NCBI GenBank assembly: GCA_016178055.1
Contig: JACOUC010000048.1
Location: forward strand, 425-64,424
Direction of reading: 5' to 3'
Length of the DNA stretch: 64,000 nt
Origin: Chlamydiota bacterium
GTDB taxonomy: Bacteria; Auribacterota; JACPWU01
Both the position numbers and the translations under genes were made by a program. Positions 1 to 8,572 of the stretch are shown in pieces. The notes under the pieces are model-generated. The model was given only the letters and a program-made list of their open reading frames with translations, made no database searches and had not been told where the DNA came from. Numbering within the stretch: the stretch's first letter is position 1; the number at the start of each line of letters is the position of its first letter.

Positions 1-1
1 T

Positions 2-1030
2 GCTTGTTGCCAAACCACTCCTAAAAAATGGGTCTGGTACAGGGATCAATTGATCATCTCTTTGGTCTTTTTGGCTGTTTTTTTATCCTTAGGGCGTTTC
101 GTTTCGCTGCTCAACCCCTTTCAACTTGCGTTCTGGCATTTTGTTCGAATGATTTGGTGGGCCGTTCTGGCTGGGATGATTTTGGGTGGGTTGATTGATT
201 ATTATATTCCTAAAATTTACATCTCAAAATATTTGGCTCGTCGTCGAAAGCAAACCATTTTTTATTCGGTGGGACTCGGTTTTTTAATGAGTGCTTGCAG
301 CCATGGTATTTTGGCCCTTGCGATGGAGCTTCATAAAAAGGGGGCTGGGGGCCCCGCGGTAGTGAGTTTCCTTTTGGCCAGTCCCTGGGCCAATCTACCT
401 GTGACATTCCTTCTTGTAGGATTTTTTGGGATCAAAGGGGTTCTCATTATTTTTTGTGCTTTGGTTGTGGCGATTGTGACGGGGCTCATTTTTCAAAAAT
501 TGGAGGCCAGAGGTCTCATAGAGAAAAATATTCATGAAATTTCAGTGGATGAAGATTTTTCGATTTTGGAGGATGTGAAACATCGCTGGCAAGCCTACCC
601 TTTCAGTTCAAAAGCTCTTTGGAAAGATGCCCTAGGCATTGTTCGGGGGATGTGGGAACTTTCAGAGATGATCCTGGGTTGGATTTTAATCGGGTCTATT
701 TTAGCAAGCCTCGTTTCTGCGTATGTTCCCTCCCATTTTTTTCATCATTTTCTAGGATCTTCTTTCATGGGGTTGGGCGTAACGCTTGCCTTTTCAGCTC
801 TTCTGGAAGTATGCTCCGAAGGGACAGCTCCGTTGGCTTTTGAAATTTACAAACAAACAGGGGCCTTAGGAAATAGCCTCGTTTTTCTAATGGCGGGAGT
901 AGCGACAGACTATACAGAAATCGGACTCATTTGGACAAATCTTGGAAAAAAAACAGCGCTTTGGATGATGGGGATTTCTATTCCTCAGATATTATTTTTG
1001 GGATGGTTATTAAATCTATTAAGGGTTTAA
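2..1030 (+). CDS. Predicted permease (COG0701/DUF318, YraQ/ArsP-like); 5' end cut by window edge
   Basis: Frame of tracked ORF 50..1030 stays open back to nt 2 (ACCQTTPKKWVWYRDQL...). Many hydrophobic helices. Paired Cys motifs SACSHG and EVCSEGTAP as I recall for this permease family. Confidence 0.6.
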   Translation, partial: ACCQTTPKKWVWYRDQLIISLVFLAVFLSLGRFVSLLNPFQLAFWHFVRMIWWAVLAGMILGGLIDYYIPKIYISKYLARRRKQTIFYSVGLGFLMSACSHGILALAMELHKKGAGGPAVVSFLLASPWANLPVTFLLVGFFGIKGVLIIFCALVVAIVTGLIFQKLEARGLIEKNIHEISVDEDFSILEDVKHRWQAYPFSSKALWKDALGIVRGMWELSEMILGWILIGSILASLVSAYVPSHFFHHFLGSSFMGLGVTLAFSALLEVCSEGTAPLAFEIYKQTGALGNSLVFLMAGVATDYTEIGLIWTNLGKKTALWMMGISIPQILFLGWLLNLLRV

Positions 1031-1692
1031 GAGCTGCTCTTTTTCCTCAGATAAATTTCTCTTAGTTCAGATTCAAGAATTTCAGTGAGTCGATCAAGTT
1101 TTTTTCCTAAATCAAAGGTTTCTAATATTTCTTGTTTGGCATGAAAATCAATATTTGAAGTATGGGCTACAATGCTGGAGAGTTCTTCCGAATCGGTCAT
1201 TTTTTCAAGGGTACGTAGTTCATCTTCGTGACCCTTTTTTGTTCTTAACACTTTTTCAATGAAGAGCTTTAAGAGTTTCTTCGTTTTTGTGACAATCTCT
1301 TTAGATTCTGCGGACGTCTCTTCAATGGGATTCACCTTTGCAATTGGATAAGGTTCCCACTGAAGATATTCAGAAATTTTTGCACGGGTAATCCCTTTTA
1401 AAATGATGTTGGAATTCCCTTCTGTATTTTGAATCGAGAGTTTGACATATCCAACACCGACCACATCATAAGCCGGAAATGGCTCTTGATAAGCCTCCCA
1501 TCCTTTTTTGAGAAGAGAAATAGCCATCAGGGAATTCCCCTTCATACAGTCCTCTAGCATTTGTTGGTAACGTGGCTCAAAGATATAGAGCGGTAATTCT
1601 ACATGGGGAAAGAGAATGGCATTGGGTAGGGGAAAAACAGGAACCTTCTCCCCTGCATGTACTTTTAATCTTTCAACAACCTGAGATTTCAT
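1027..1692 (-). CDS. Lon N-terminal (LON substrate-binding) domain protein
   Basis: VPVFPLPNAILFPHVELPLYIFEPRYQQM matches the Lon N-domain signature. No AAA+ or protease part (221 aa). Confidence 0.7.
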   Translation of the reverse strand: MKSQVVERLKVHAGEKVPVFPLPNAILFPHVELPLYIFEPRYQQMLEDCMKGNSLMAISLLKKGWEAYQEPFPAYDVVGVGYVKLSIQNTEGNSNIILKGITRAKISEYLQWEPYPIAKVNPIEETSAESKEIVTKTKKLLKLFIEKVLRTKKGHEDELRTLEKMTDSEELSSIVAHTSNIDFHAKQEILETFDLGKKLDRLTEILESELREIYLRKKSSS

Positions 1693-1817
1693 AGTTATAA
1701 TCTAACCTGATTTGGTAAGATATTCAAGGGAGGATTAAATAAAATTTAGCCTAACCTTCTATTAAGTCCATAACAAAAAGTATGTTTATTTCTTGCAAAT
1801 TGGTAAAATGAACCCTT

Positions 1818-1864
1818 GTCTCCAGTTTCCTGTCGACAGGCAACCGTAACTGGTGACCGGTGAC
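1818..1864. repeat. Heptamer-periodic hairpin element, GGTGACC flavour (P1)
   Basis: gtctccagtttcctgtcgacaggcaaccgtaactggtgaccggtgac. Shares ctggtgac...gaccggtgac with 39136-39177 and 50393-50429. Lies just upstream of a gene start. Confidence 0.55.
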
Positions 1865-1890
1865 TTTTTTGTACTAGAAAGGGGGTTAGA

Positions 1891-3081
1891 ATGAAAACCT
1901 TGATGCAAATTTTAGTAGGGATGATCGTTCTCTTTAGCATTTTATTTGTGACAGCCCAAATCGTTATCAACCGCCCTTTCTTTTGTGAAAAAATAACGCA
2001 TGCTTTAAGTGAAAAGCTTCATCGCCAGGTTTCTCTCGAAGGATTAAGTTTAAGTGTCTTTCCTTCCATCGGCCTCCACTTGAAGGAATTCAAGATTTTA
2101 GAGAAAAATAAAAGTGATGTTTTTGCCCGGTTGGGTGATTTACAAATTCGGGCAAAATTCTTTCCTTTATTCAAAAAGCAGGTGATCGTCAATGACATCA
2201 TTATAGAAGAGCCCGAAATGAATATTGTTAAAGAAAGTCAGGGAATTTTTAATTTTAGTGATTTGGTTTCTTCATCTCCAGCTCCTTCCACTCCTTCTAC
2301 TCCTGCGAAAGGGATTTTAGAGAGATCTTCTAGTCCTCGTACGGTCTCCGTTGGGAAAATACACATCAACAATGCCAAATTTTCTTACAAAGAAGTTCTT
2401 CCTTCAGGGGAAACCCAACTTTTTGAGATCAAAGGTTTAGATATTCATATCGACCATTTTTCTCTAACAGATCCTGTTCAAGTTCGTGCGGTTTCATCCT
2501 CAGGAAAAGCCTCTCTTAAAGGGATCGGTTTAAGTCGGTATGATCTAGAAAAAACCCTTACGGGTCATGCTAAACTTGAATCGAAAGAGGGAAAAATTCT
2601 TGGCAAAAATATAACACAGGAAATTTTGTCTAAAATGAATCAACCTATTTTAATAAAATTTTTGCCTGGGCTTGCCAAATTGATTCAGGAGAGAGATCAA
2701 GTTCTTCCGGAAACTCGATTTACCGATTTTGTTGTCGATCTCGATATTGGAAATGGAAAGATCAATCTCGAAAAAGCAGGTCTTACGACAGCAGATCTTT
2801 CTTTAAGGGCCAGTGGCCCCATTGATTTTTCCTTTCAAGCTAATCTCGGTGCCCATATTGTTTTTTCAAAAGAACTCACAGAAAAAATGACACAAGGACA
2901 GGACCTTTCCAATAAGCTTCCTTATGAAAATGGAGGTCTTCATATCCCTGTTAGAATTACAGGACCGCTCTCCAAACCGGTTATTGTCCCTGATTTGGGG
3001 GTCATTTTAAGTACTCTGACCAAGGGTGAGCTTTCAGACAAAATAGGGGGTTTTTTAAGAGGTGGAAAAGGAAAGAAATGA
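1891..3081 (+). CDS. AsmA-family outer-membrane biogenesis protein (short form)
   Basis: N-terminal membrane anchor, then a long beta-rich region. The N-terminal ~100 aa resemble the AsmA family. RBS aaaggggg upstream. Confidence 0.55.
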   Translation: MKTLMQILVGMIVLFSILFVTAQIVINRPFFCEKITHALSEKLHRQVSLEGLSLSVFPSIGLHLKEFKILEKNKSDVFARLGDLQIRAKFFPLFKKQVIVNDIIIEEPEMNIVKESQGIFNFSDLVSSSPAPSTPSTPAKGILERSSSPRTVSVGKIHINNAKFSYKEVLPSGETQLFEIKGLDIHIDHFSLTDPVQVRAVSSSGKASLKGIGLSRYDLEKTLTGHAKLESKEGKILGKNITQEILSKMNQPILIKFLPGLAKLIQERDQVLPETRFTDFVVDLDIGNGKINLEKAGLTTADLSLRASGPIDFSFQANLGAHIVFSKELTEKMTQGQDLSNKLPYENGGLHIPVRITGPLSKPVIVPDLGVILSTLTKGELSDKIGGFLRGGKGKK

Positions 3082-3117
3082 CAATCAATCAGTTCTTAAG
3101 CTTTTTCAATTATTCTA

Positions 3118-3150
3118 TTCTTAACTCATTATAAGAAAATGAGTTAAGAA
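3118..3150 (+). terminator. Perfect 12-bp stem hairpin after asmA-like gene
   Basis: ttcttaactcat-tataagaaa-atgagttaagaa followed by atttt. Confidence 0.5.
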
Positions 3151-3169
3151 ATTTTAAAATGATAATTTT

Positions 3170-3205
3170 AAGAATATATCGTTCAATATTGAACGATATA
3201 TTCTT
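3170..3205. repeat. Perfect 36-nt palindrome
   Basis: aagaatatatcgttcaat|attgaacgatatattctt, exact reverse-complement symmetry. Possible bidirectional terminator or protein site. Confidence 0.8.
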
Positions 3206-3288
3206 CTTAAGAGTAAAAAAATAAAACTTTACAGCTCTGGGGAGTGTCTATATAAGTGAAAGCTTAAAAAGGAGGCTACCCAAACAAG

Positions 3289-3720
3289 ATGAAAATAACC
3301 CAAAGGATTCTAGTATTTGTTACAGCGATGATTTTTTTATATGACATCAGTGCTTCGGCTATTACCACGAATTTTACCTTTAAGAAAAAGGAGATTCAAA
3401 GTCACATCAATGTTGCAAATTTTGGCAAATTGAGTGAAGCCGTGGATTATTTCTTAGAGGCTTCTTGCGGGGATAAAATTGATCCAGCCTCTCGTCAGGA
3501 ATTTGGAGTTCTCTTTGAAACAGAAGCTGTTGAAATGCATCTTTATGGAAAAATTGTTTTTAACGAATTAAATCTTTTGAAAAGCCGTGAAGAACGATTG
3601 TCCGTTCGGTACCAACTTTGCAAAAAGATTTTTATTTCCCTCTGGAAAAAAACACACGACAATCCTAGAATGAGAGAGCTTTTTAAAATCCTTAGGGCCT
3701 CTCAGAATGCGAAAAGGTAA
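3289..3720 (+). CDS. Hypothetical secreted protein
   Basis: RBS aaaaggagg about 10 nt upstream. Signal-peptide-like N-terminus MKITQRILVFVTAMIFLYDISASA. No family recognised. Confidence 0.5.
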   Translation: MKITQRILVFVTAMIFLYDISASAITTNFTFKKKEIQSHINVANFGKLSEAVDYFLEASCGDKIDPASRQEFGVLFETEAVEMHLYGKIVFNELNLLKSREERLSVRYQLCKKIFISLWKKTHDNPRMRELFKILRASQNAKR

Positions 3721-4849
3721 TTTAGATTTGGATGTAAAAATAAAATTTTCTTGTTCGACGCTTTTTTTTCTATTCGCTTTTCTATATTTTAACTGTTTTG
3801 GGATAGAGGGGAGCCCCTCGCAAAATGATTACAAAATCTATATCGTAAAGAAAGGGGACACCCTTTTTTCCATTAGCCACAGATGGGGTATTCAATTAAC
3901 AAGATTAATGGAAGTGAATCATCTTCAAAATCCTAACAAGATTCATCAGGGTCAGAGTCTTATGATTCCTGTTGTTGTGAAAGAGATGGTAAAACCTCCT
4001 TTAAAAGTCGATTTATCTCCAAAAAAGGTTGTTGCACCTCTCCCCTCTATTGCCCCTCCTCTTTCTAAAGATGAATTGGATTTAGATCCTTCTATTTCTC
4101 CAGAGAAGGACGCCTTGTCTCAAAAAGGAGTACCTGCCTCTCCCAAAATGGATCATTTTGGGGTCGGTTTTGGATGGTGGTTTGGTTTTCTGGATGCGAA
4201 GGCCAAGGTTTCTGTCACAGGACTTGAGGGAACGGAGATTGATTTGGCAGATGATTTAGGTGTCGATGATTCTGTGGGGCTTCCCGTGGTGAATTTCTGG
4301 CTTCAACCTTTGCCGTACTTGCGTTTTTCAGGTGAGTATATGGAGTTAGGAATGGAGGGCGCGGCCACGATTGATGAGAAAATTGTTTTTGATGGAGAAA
4401 CGTATTCTATTTCAGATGAAGTCAGTGGAAAGTTAGACATTCAGAGATTCAGTGGTTGGGTTGAAATCAATCCTTTTCGCGGTTCTTGGGGATATGTAGG
4501 AGGGATGATTGGAGGAGAATATGTTCAGCTTGATGCAGAGCTTTCATCCCAGTTGGTAGGAAGTGCAAGTCACAGTCTTGATGCTGTAACACTCACATTA
4601 GGAGCCCAAATGCGTTTAGATATGACTTCGCATTGGGCTATTGATGGACGGATTCGAGGGATGAGTTTTGAATTTGATAATGCCCAAGTTGATGTTTTTG
4701 ACGGCCAAATGGGTCTTGTGTGGAGTCCGATCGAACCTTTAGAATTTTCACTGGCCTATCGCTTCCTCTTTTTTGATTGGGTTCAAACAGAGGATTCGGG
4801 GGATTTAACCTTACAGGGGCCGGTCATCAGTGGTTTAGTAAAGTTTTAA
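3707..4849 (+). CDS. LysM domain protein with C-terminal outer-membrane beta-barrel
   Basis: LysM motif YIVKKGDTLFSISHRWGIQLTRLMEVNHLQNPNKIHQGQSLMIP. Pro-rich linker. About 230 aa of alternating-hydrophobic strands ending in terminal Phe (LVKF). Confidence 0.65.
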   Translation: MRKGNLDLDVKIKFSCSTLFFLFAFLYFNCFGIEGSPSQNDYKIYIVKKGDTLFSISHRWGIQLTRLMEVNHLQNPNKIHQGQSLMIPVVVKEMVKPPLKVDLSPKKVVAPLPSIAPPLSKDELDLDPSISPEKDALSQKGVPASPKMDHFGVGFGWWFGFLDAKAKVSVTGLEGTEIDLADDLGVDDSVGLPVVNFWLQPLPYLRFSGEYMELGMEGAATIDEKIVFDGETYSISDEVSGKLDIQRFSGWVEINPFRGSWGYVGGMIGGEYVQLDAELSSQLVGSASHSLDAVTLTLGAQMRLDMTSHWAIDGRIRGMSFEFDNAQVDVFDGQMGLVWSPIEPLEFSLAYRFLFFDWVQTEDSGDLTLQGPVISGLVKF

Positions 4850-5907
4850 TTTAGCCTTCCATTTTCTTTCAGTAAAGTAGACATTAATCCTAGGAGCGCA
4901 GAAAAGATTTTGATCATTTTCTTTGTATTTTGGGTTGGAAGTGTTAAATGGAGAATTTGAGAACGTTCAATGGATTTTTCAATAATATCGTTGATCCCTG
5001 TAAGATGTTTAGAAGAACGTTTGGAGGGATGAAGGGTTTGGCGAATAAGACGAGCTTTATTTTTTTCTAAGAATTCGGCCGCAGTCCTTTTCCCACGCGA
5101 AATTGAAGAGGGCATTGAAAAAACTTCTTTGAGATGATGATCCAGAAAACCAGTTGCTTTTTGGCGGAAGGACTCAAGATCAAAGGCTCCAAAATATTTT
5201 CTAAAAAAAAATTCTAAGGTCTCTTTCATTTCACTTTGAGGTTTGTGAAGATCTTGAGAGGAGGGATGCGGCTTTTTTCGGGCATAGCGATGAGCTATTT
5301 TCTCGATGAACTTCAATTTTTTTAGGGCATTTCCTTGGTAGGAAGAGTGATCTTCATGAGGGTCTAACCAGGCTGCAAAGGTATCAGAAAAATCCTCTTC
5401 AGGGTGCGTTCTTGAATAGCCCATGGATGCGGCTCCCCAGCGCTCAAGATAATTCACGTAATTTGTAGTCAGGGGGTCAACTTCGCTCAAAGGAATGCGT
5501 TTAGAATTGAAACGTCCAAATAGTTTCCGAGCAGTTTTATTTTTCCCAAGGTTATAAGCGTAGAAAAGGGCATGGCCGCATTCATGCCGTAAAAGGGCTT
5601 TGATTTGGTGATCTTCTAAAGTCTCCCGCCGCTCACTTCCAACCCATCGATTTAATTCTACCAGTTCGGGACGAGCGAGATAAAAAGGGATTCCAATATT
5701 AACGGTATCTTGGACGCATCCAAATTCATCTGAAAGATAGAAAAAAGGTTTATAGATTAAATCATGTTTTTTGAGTTCTTGGCGAATATTTTTAATGAGG
5801 GGTTCGTATCTTGAGCCGGCAATTTTTAAGGGAAGAAGAAAAAGGGGGGTCATCAGAAACTCATACTGCAACGTTTCTTTGCTGTAGAGGGTCTTTTGTA
5901 TGCTCAC
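4846..5907 (-). CDS. Putative zinc metallopeptidase (HExxH)
   Basis: LRHECGHALFY contains HExxH. The overall family call is recollection only. Confidence 0.5.
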   Translation of the reverse strand: MSIQKTLYSKETLQYEFLMTPLFLLPLKIAGSRYEPLIKNIRQELKKHDLIYKPFFYLSDEFGCVQDTVNIGIPFYLARPELVELNRWVGSERRETLEDHQIKALLRHECGHALFYAYNLGKNKTARKLFGRFNSKRIPLSEVDPLTTNYVNYLERWGAASMGYSRTHPEEDFSDTFAAWLDPHEDHSSYQGNALKKLKFIEKIAHRYARKKPHPSSQDLHKPQSEMKETLEFFFRKYFGAFDLESFRQKATGFLDHHLKEVFSMPSSISRGKRTAAEFLEKNKARLIRQTLHPSKRSSKHLTGINDIIEKSIERSQILHLTLPTQNTKKMIKIFSALLGLMSTLLKENGRLN

Positions 5908-5965
5908 GTCTTCTATTTTGATCTAAGTTGTAGAAATCGGCAATTAAAAAGAGCACCCTTTTTAA

Positions 5966-6092
5966 ATTTAAAATTCAAAAGTCAAAATGCAAAATGACAA
6001 CCTAAAATCCAAAATTTATAATGCTATTGCAGGGGAGACATTTTAAGTTTTACATTGTCCGACAAGATTTTTGATGTTTGATTTTTGGATTA
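5966..6092. repeat. Heptamer-periodic hairpin element, AAAATCA flavour, subfamily 2 (D)
   Basis: Arms aaaattc|aaaagtc|aaaatgc|aaaatga and tttttga|tgtttga|tttttgg. Centre aatgctattgcaggggagacatttt is shared with 60753-60914 and, inverted, with 55315-55435. Confidence 0.8.
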
Positions 6093-6250
6093 GCCCGGAT
6101 TTCTCATCAGATTTCTTGAGCTCGACCGCCCGAGTCCGCTTTGGATGCTAGGAAGACGCTCCGTGCCGTGTGAGGCGTACTTTACAGTACGTTGAGCAAG
6201 GCCGACCTCTCTTGCGAAGCAGACGAGGCGGAATTGGCAAAGAGCAGTAG
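6093..6250. repeat. GC-rich structured island (R1)
   Basis: Abrupt GC-rich stretch in AT-rich spacer. Sub-hairpin ggcgtac-tttaca-gtacg. Shares ttgcgaagca, ggcgg and cagacgag words with 28723-28783. Confidence 0.5.
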
Positions 6251-6398
6251 AAAGGTGACATTTCTAAATTGGCTTTACACAGCCCTATTAGGACTTGAGT
6301 TTTAAAATTCATTTTGCTATATTCTTTCCTGTTATTCTCTTGGGGGGATAACGGAATAATATAAAGTGGTGTACCCTAATCGAGGAGGTATGTTTTAC

Positions 6399-6674
6399 AT
6401 GAAATCTTATCGTAGTTTATTGACAGTGGCCTTGGGGCTTTTATTAGGTTTTTCCGTAATGAGCAGCTATGCGGGTATGACGTGTCCTGCTTGTAAAGCT
6501 TCCATGCCGGCTTCTAGTAAGCCCGTTTTGGAGATGCTGAAGGAAGATGCGAAATGCTCCATGTGCAGCGCTGAATTAAAGGTAGGGACCGAAGTGAGCA
6601 AGATGACTTGCCCGGCTTGCAAAGCTGAGATGATTGTTTGTTCAACGTGTGCAAAAGCAAACCAAGAGTCCTAA
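6399..6674 (+). CDS. Small secreted protein with four CxxC motifs
   Basis: RBS gaggagg 10 nt upstream of ATG 6399. Signal peptide MKSYRSLLTVALGLLLGFSVMSSYA. Mature ~65 aa carries CPAC, CSMC, CPAC, CSTC. MTCPACKA occurs twice. Confidence 0.6.
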   Translation: MKSYRSLLTVALGLLLGFSVMSSYAGMTCPACKASMPASSKPVLEMLKEDAKCSMCSAELKVGTEVSKMTCPACKAEMIVCSTCAKANQES

Positions 6675-6698
6675 GAATATTTTCTTAGATTCTTCAAG

Positions 6699-6733
6699 AC
6701 ACCCCTGGGATAAAATCCCGGGGGTGTTTTTTT
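6699..6733 (+). terminator. Rho-independent terminator
   Basis: acacccctggga-taaaa-tcccgggggtgt followed by ttttttt. Confidence 0.8.
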
Positions 6734-6765
6734 ATGCATTTTCATGTTTCTTAAAGATATTCATC

Positions 6766-6794
6766 TTGACATTCTTATAATTTTAATTAATACT
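6766..6794 (+). promoter_or_regulatory. Candidate sigma-70 promoter of fur
   Basis: TTGACA (6766-6771), 17-nt spacer, AATACT (6789-6794). The operator palindrome follows immediately. Confidence 0.4.
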
Positions 6795-6809
6795 GAGACT
6801 CAATCTCAA
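6794..6809. promoter_or_regulatory. Fur-family operator candidate (7-1-7 inverted repeat), site 1
   Basis: tgagactcaatctcaa is the exact reverse complement of the 16-mer at 7310-7325. It abuts the fur start codon. Confidence 0.6.
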
Positions 6810-7243
6810 TGGATAACGCGATACTTTCGCAACAGGATTATAGGATTAAGTTAAAAGAAAGCGGTTTAAAGCCGACGCAGGCGAGATTATTGATTTTTAA
6901 AGAGGTTCTTAAAATGCCACATCACTTCAATGCGGATGATTTGGCTTTGCGAGTACGGAGTCAAAACGAAAGGGTTTCTCGGGCAACGGTATATCGGGCG
7001 CTTCCTATTCTGGTTGAATTTGGAATTTTAAGGGAAGTCGTTTTTAGTGAAAAACATCATAATTATGAATGCATGCTGGGAAGGAAACATCACGAGCATT
7101 TGATTTGTCTTAAATGTGGGACGATTATAGAGTTTTCAGATGAGAGAATGGAAATTCCTCTGGATGAAGCTTGTGAGAAGTATCATTTTAAGGCGGTGGC
7201 CCATAAGACGGAAGTGACAGGGTATTGCAGAAAGTGTCAGTGA
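6809..7243 (+). CDS. fur: Fur-family metalloregulator
   Basis: wHTH RVSRATVYRAL, HHEHLICLKCG and C-terminal YCRKCQ (two CxxC pairs), 144 aa. Confidence 0.85.
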   Translation: MDNAILSQQDYRIKLKESGLKPTQARLLIFKEVLKMPHHFNADDLALRVRSQNERVSRATVYRALPILVEFGILREVVFSEKHHNYECMLGRKHHEHLICLKCGTIIEFSDERMEIPLDEACEKYHFKAVAHKTEVTGYCRKCQ

Positions 7244-7309
7244 TGAAGAGGAGTTTTTCAGTAAATTTTCTTTACAGCAAAATCATTTCAGTTATTTTGT
7301 TATTCTTAT

Positions 7310-7326
7310 TTGAGATTGAGTCTCAA
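7310..7326. promoter_or_regulatory. Fur-family operator candidate, site 2
   Basis: ttgagattgagtctcaa reads as TGAGATT-g-AGTCTCA. Lies 75 nt upstream of the hemP-like ORF. Confidence 0.6.
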
Positions 7327-7400
7327 TATCTTTTAGATATGATGAACAGGAAGCGGCCTTATTGTGTAAAAAGACAGCTCTTTTGATTGGATTTTCTTAA

Positions 7401-7565
7401 ATGAACAAGCAAAGTTTTGTGGAGAGTATGAAACCCTTTTTAAGTGAAAAATTTGTGTATTCAGAAGAGTTATTCGGCAAGGAAAAAGTTGTTTATATTC
7501 AGCATGAAAATTTAGTTTATCGGTTAATGAGGACACGAAACGGAAAATTAATTTTGAATAAGTGA
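7401..7565 (+). CDS. hemP: HemP/HmuP-like hemin-uptake small protein (54 aa, below ORF-track cutoff)
   Basis: My translation: MNKQSFVESMKPFLSEKFVYSEELFGKEKVVYIQHENLVYRLMRTRNGKLILNK. The C-terminal pattern Y-R-L-x-x-T-x-x-GKLIL-x-K is the HemP family signature as I recall it. Confidence 0.6.
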   Translation: MNKQSFVESMKPFLSEKFVYSEELFGKEKVVYIQHENLVYRLMRTRNGKLILNK

Positions 7566-7659
7566 TGATTTTACACCGGCACTTAAACAGAGCAAGGGAT
7601 GGCCGGTAGAAATATCATAAAAAGTACCTAGCTAAAATTGAAAATTTAAGGAGGTTCAT

Positions 7660-8436
7660 ATGTTGTGGAAGAAGGGATTTTTAGTCTTTGTTTTTGCCGG
7701 AATTTTGGGCGGGCTTGTGCAAGCTGATGAGCGGCATTTTACCTATAGCTATGAGGCGGATTCGATTTTGCCCAAGGGGCATTGGGAATTGGAGCAGTGG
7801 GTGACGTTGAAAGAGGGAAAAGATGAGGGGAAGTTTCATCGCTGGGATTTCCGTGAAGAGATTGAATATGGTTTGACGGATCGGCTGACAACAGCCTTGT
7901 ATCTCAATTTCAGAGATACGACGGTGGATCTTAAAGAGGATGGGAACGATTCAGAGGCCTTTGAATTTAGGGGCGTTTCTTCAGAATGGAAATATATGTT
8001 GTTCAGTCCGCATCTTTGTCCCATCGGTGTCCTCTTCTATTTTGAGACACGTTATGATGGTGAGGAGTTGGAACTTGAGGAAAAGCTTATTTTAGAGCAT
8101 ATCTTTTTCGAGAAATGGATCGGGGTCGTTAACGTTGTGGGTGAAGAGGAGTGGGAGTTTGAGGAAGAGGAAACCAAGACGGAAGGTGCGTTGGAGTTTG
8201 ATTTAGGACTTTCTTATCTGATCAATGGACATTGGTCTGTCGGGGTGGAGGCGAGAAATCATCGTGAGTATCCCGAGTTTGAGGAAGAAGAACATTCTGC
8301 GTGGTTTGTGGGACCCAATATTCATTATGGGAGCTCAAAATGGTGGGCAACCTTCACGGTGCTCCCTCAGGTGACGGATGTCCTTGATGAGCATGAGGAG
8401 GTTGAAGTGAGGTTTATTGCGGGAGTATTATTTTAA
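7660..8436 (+). CDS. Putative outer-membrane beta-barrel protein, acidic loops
   Basis: RBS aaggagg. Signal peptide ...GGLVQA|DE. Alternating strands. Glu-rich loops (EEEWEFEEEETKTE, EFEEEEH). Terminal Phe (AGVLF). Confidence 0.6.
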   Translation: MLWKKGFLVFVFAGILGGLVQADERHFTYSYEADSILPKGHWELEQWVTLKEGKDEGKFHRWDFREEIEYGLTDRLTTALYLNFRDTTVDLKEDGNDSEAFEFRGVSSEWKYMLFSPHLCPIGVLFYFETRYDGEELELEEKLILEHIFFEKWIGVVNVVGEEEWEFEEEETKTEGALEFDLGLSYLINGHWSVGVEARNHREYPEFEEEEHSAWFVGPNIHYGSSKWWATFTVLPQVTDVLDEHEEVEVRFIAGVLF

Positions 8437-8572
8437 GGATAGAATATTTTTAGTTTTCTTTGCGCAAGGTGCTTTCTCTGGCTATATGAGGGATGGCCCT
8501 TGCGTTGTCCATGGTAAATTTTTAGGCTAATGCAGAAGATTCTAGAGAAGAGCCAGATAAAGGGTAACAGGT

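Noticed and set aside
5966-6092. CRISPR interpretation of the AT-rich repeat arrays
   Set aside because: The repeat unit is 7 nt, there are no 25-40 nt direct repeats separated by unique spacers, the arrays are palindromic pairs, and no cas genes are present.
7333-7536. Tracked 67-aa minus-strand ORF
   Set aside because: It is antisense to the hemP-like ORF, which has a recognisable family signature and sits downstream of the operator.
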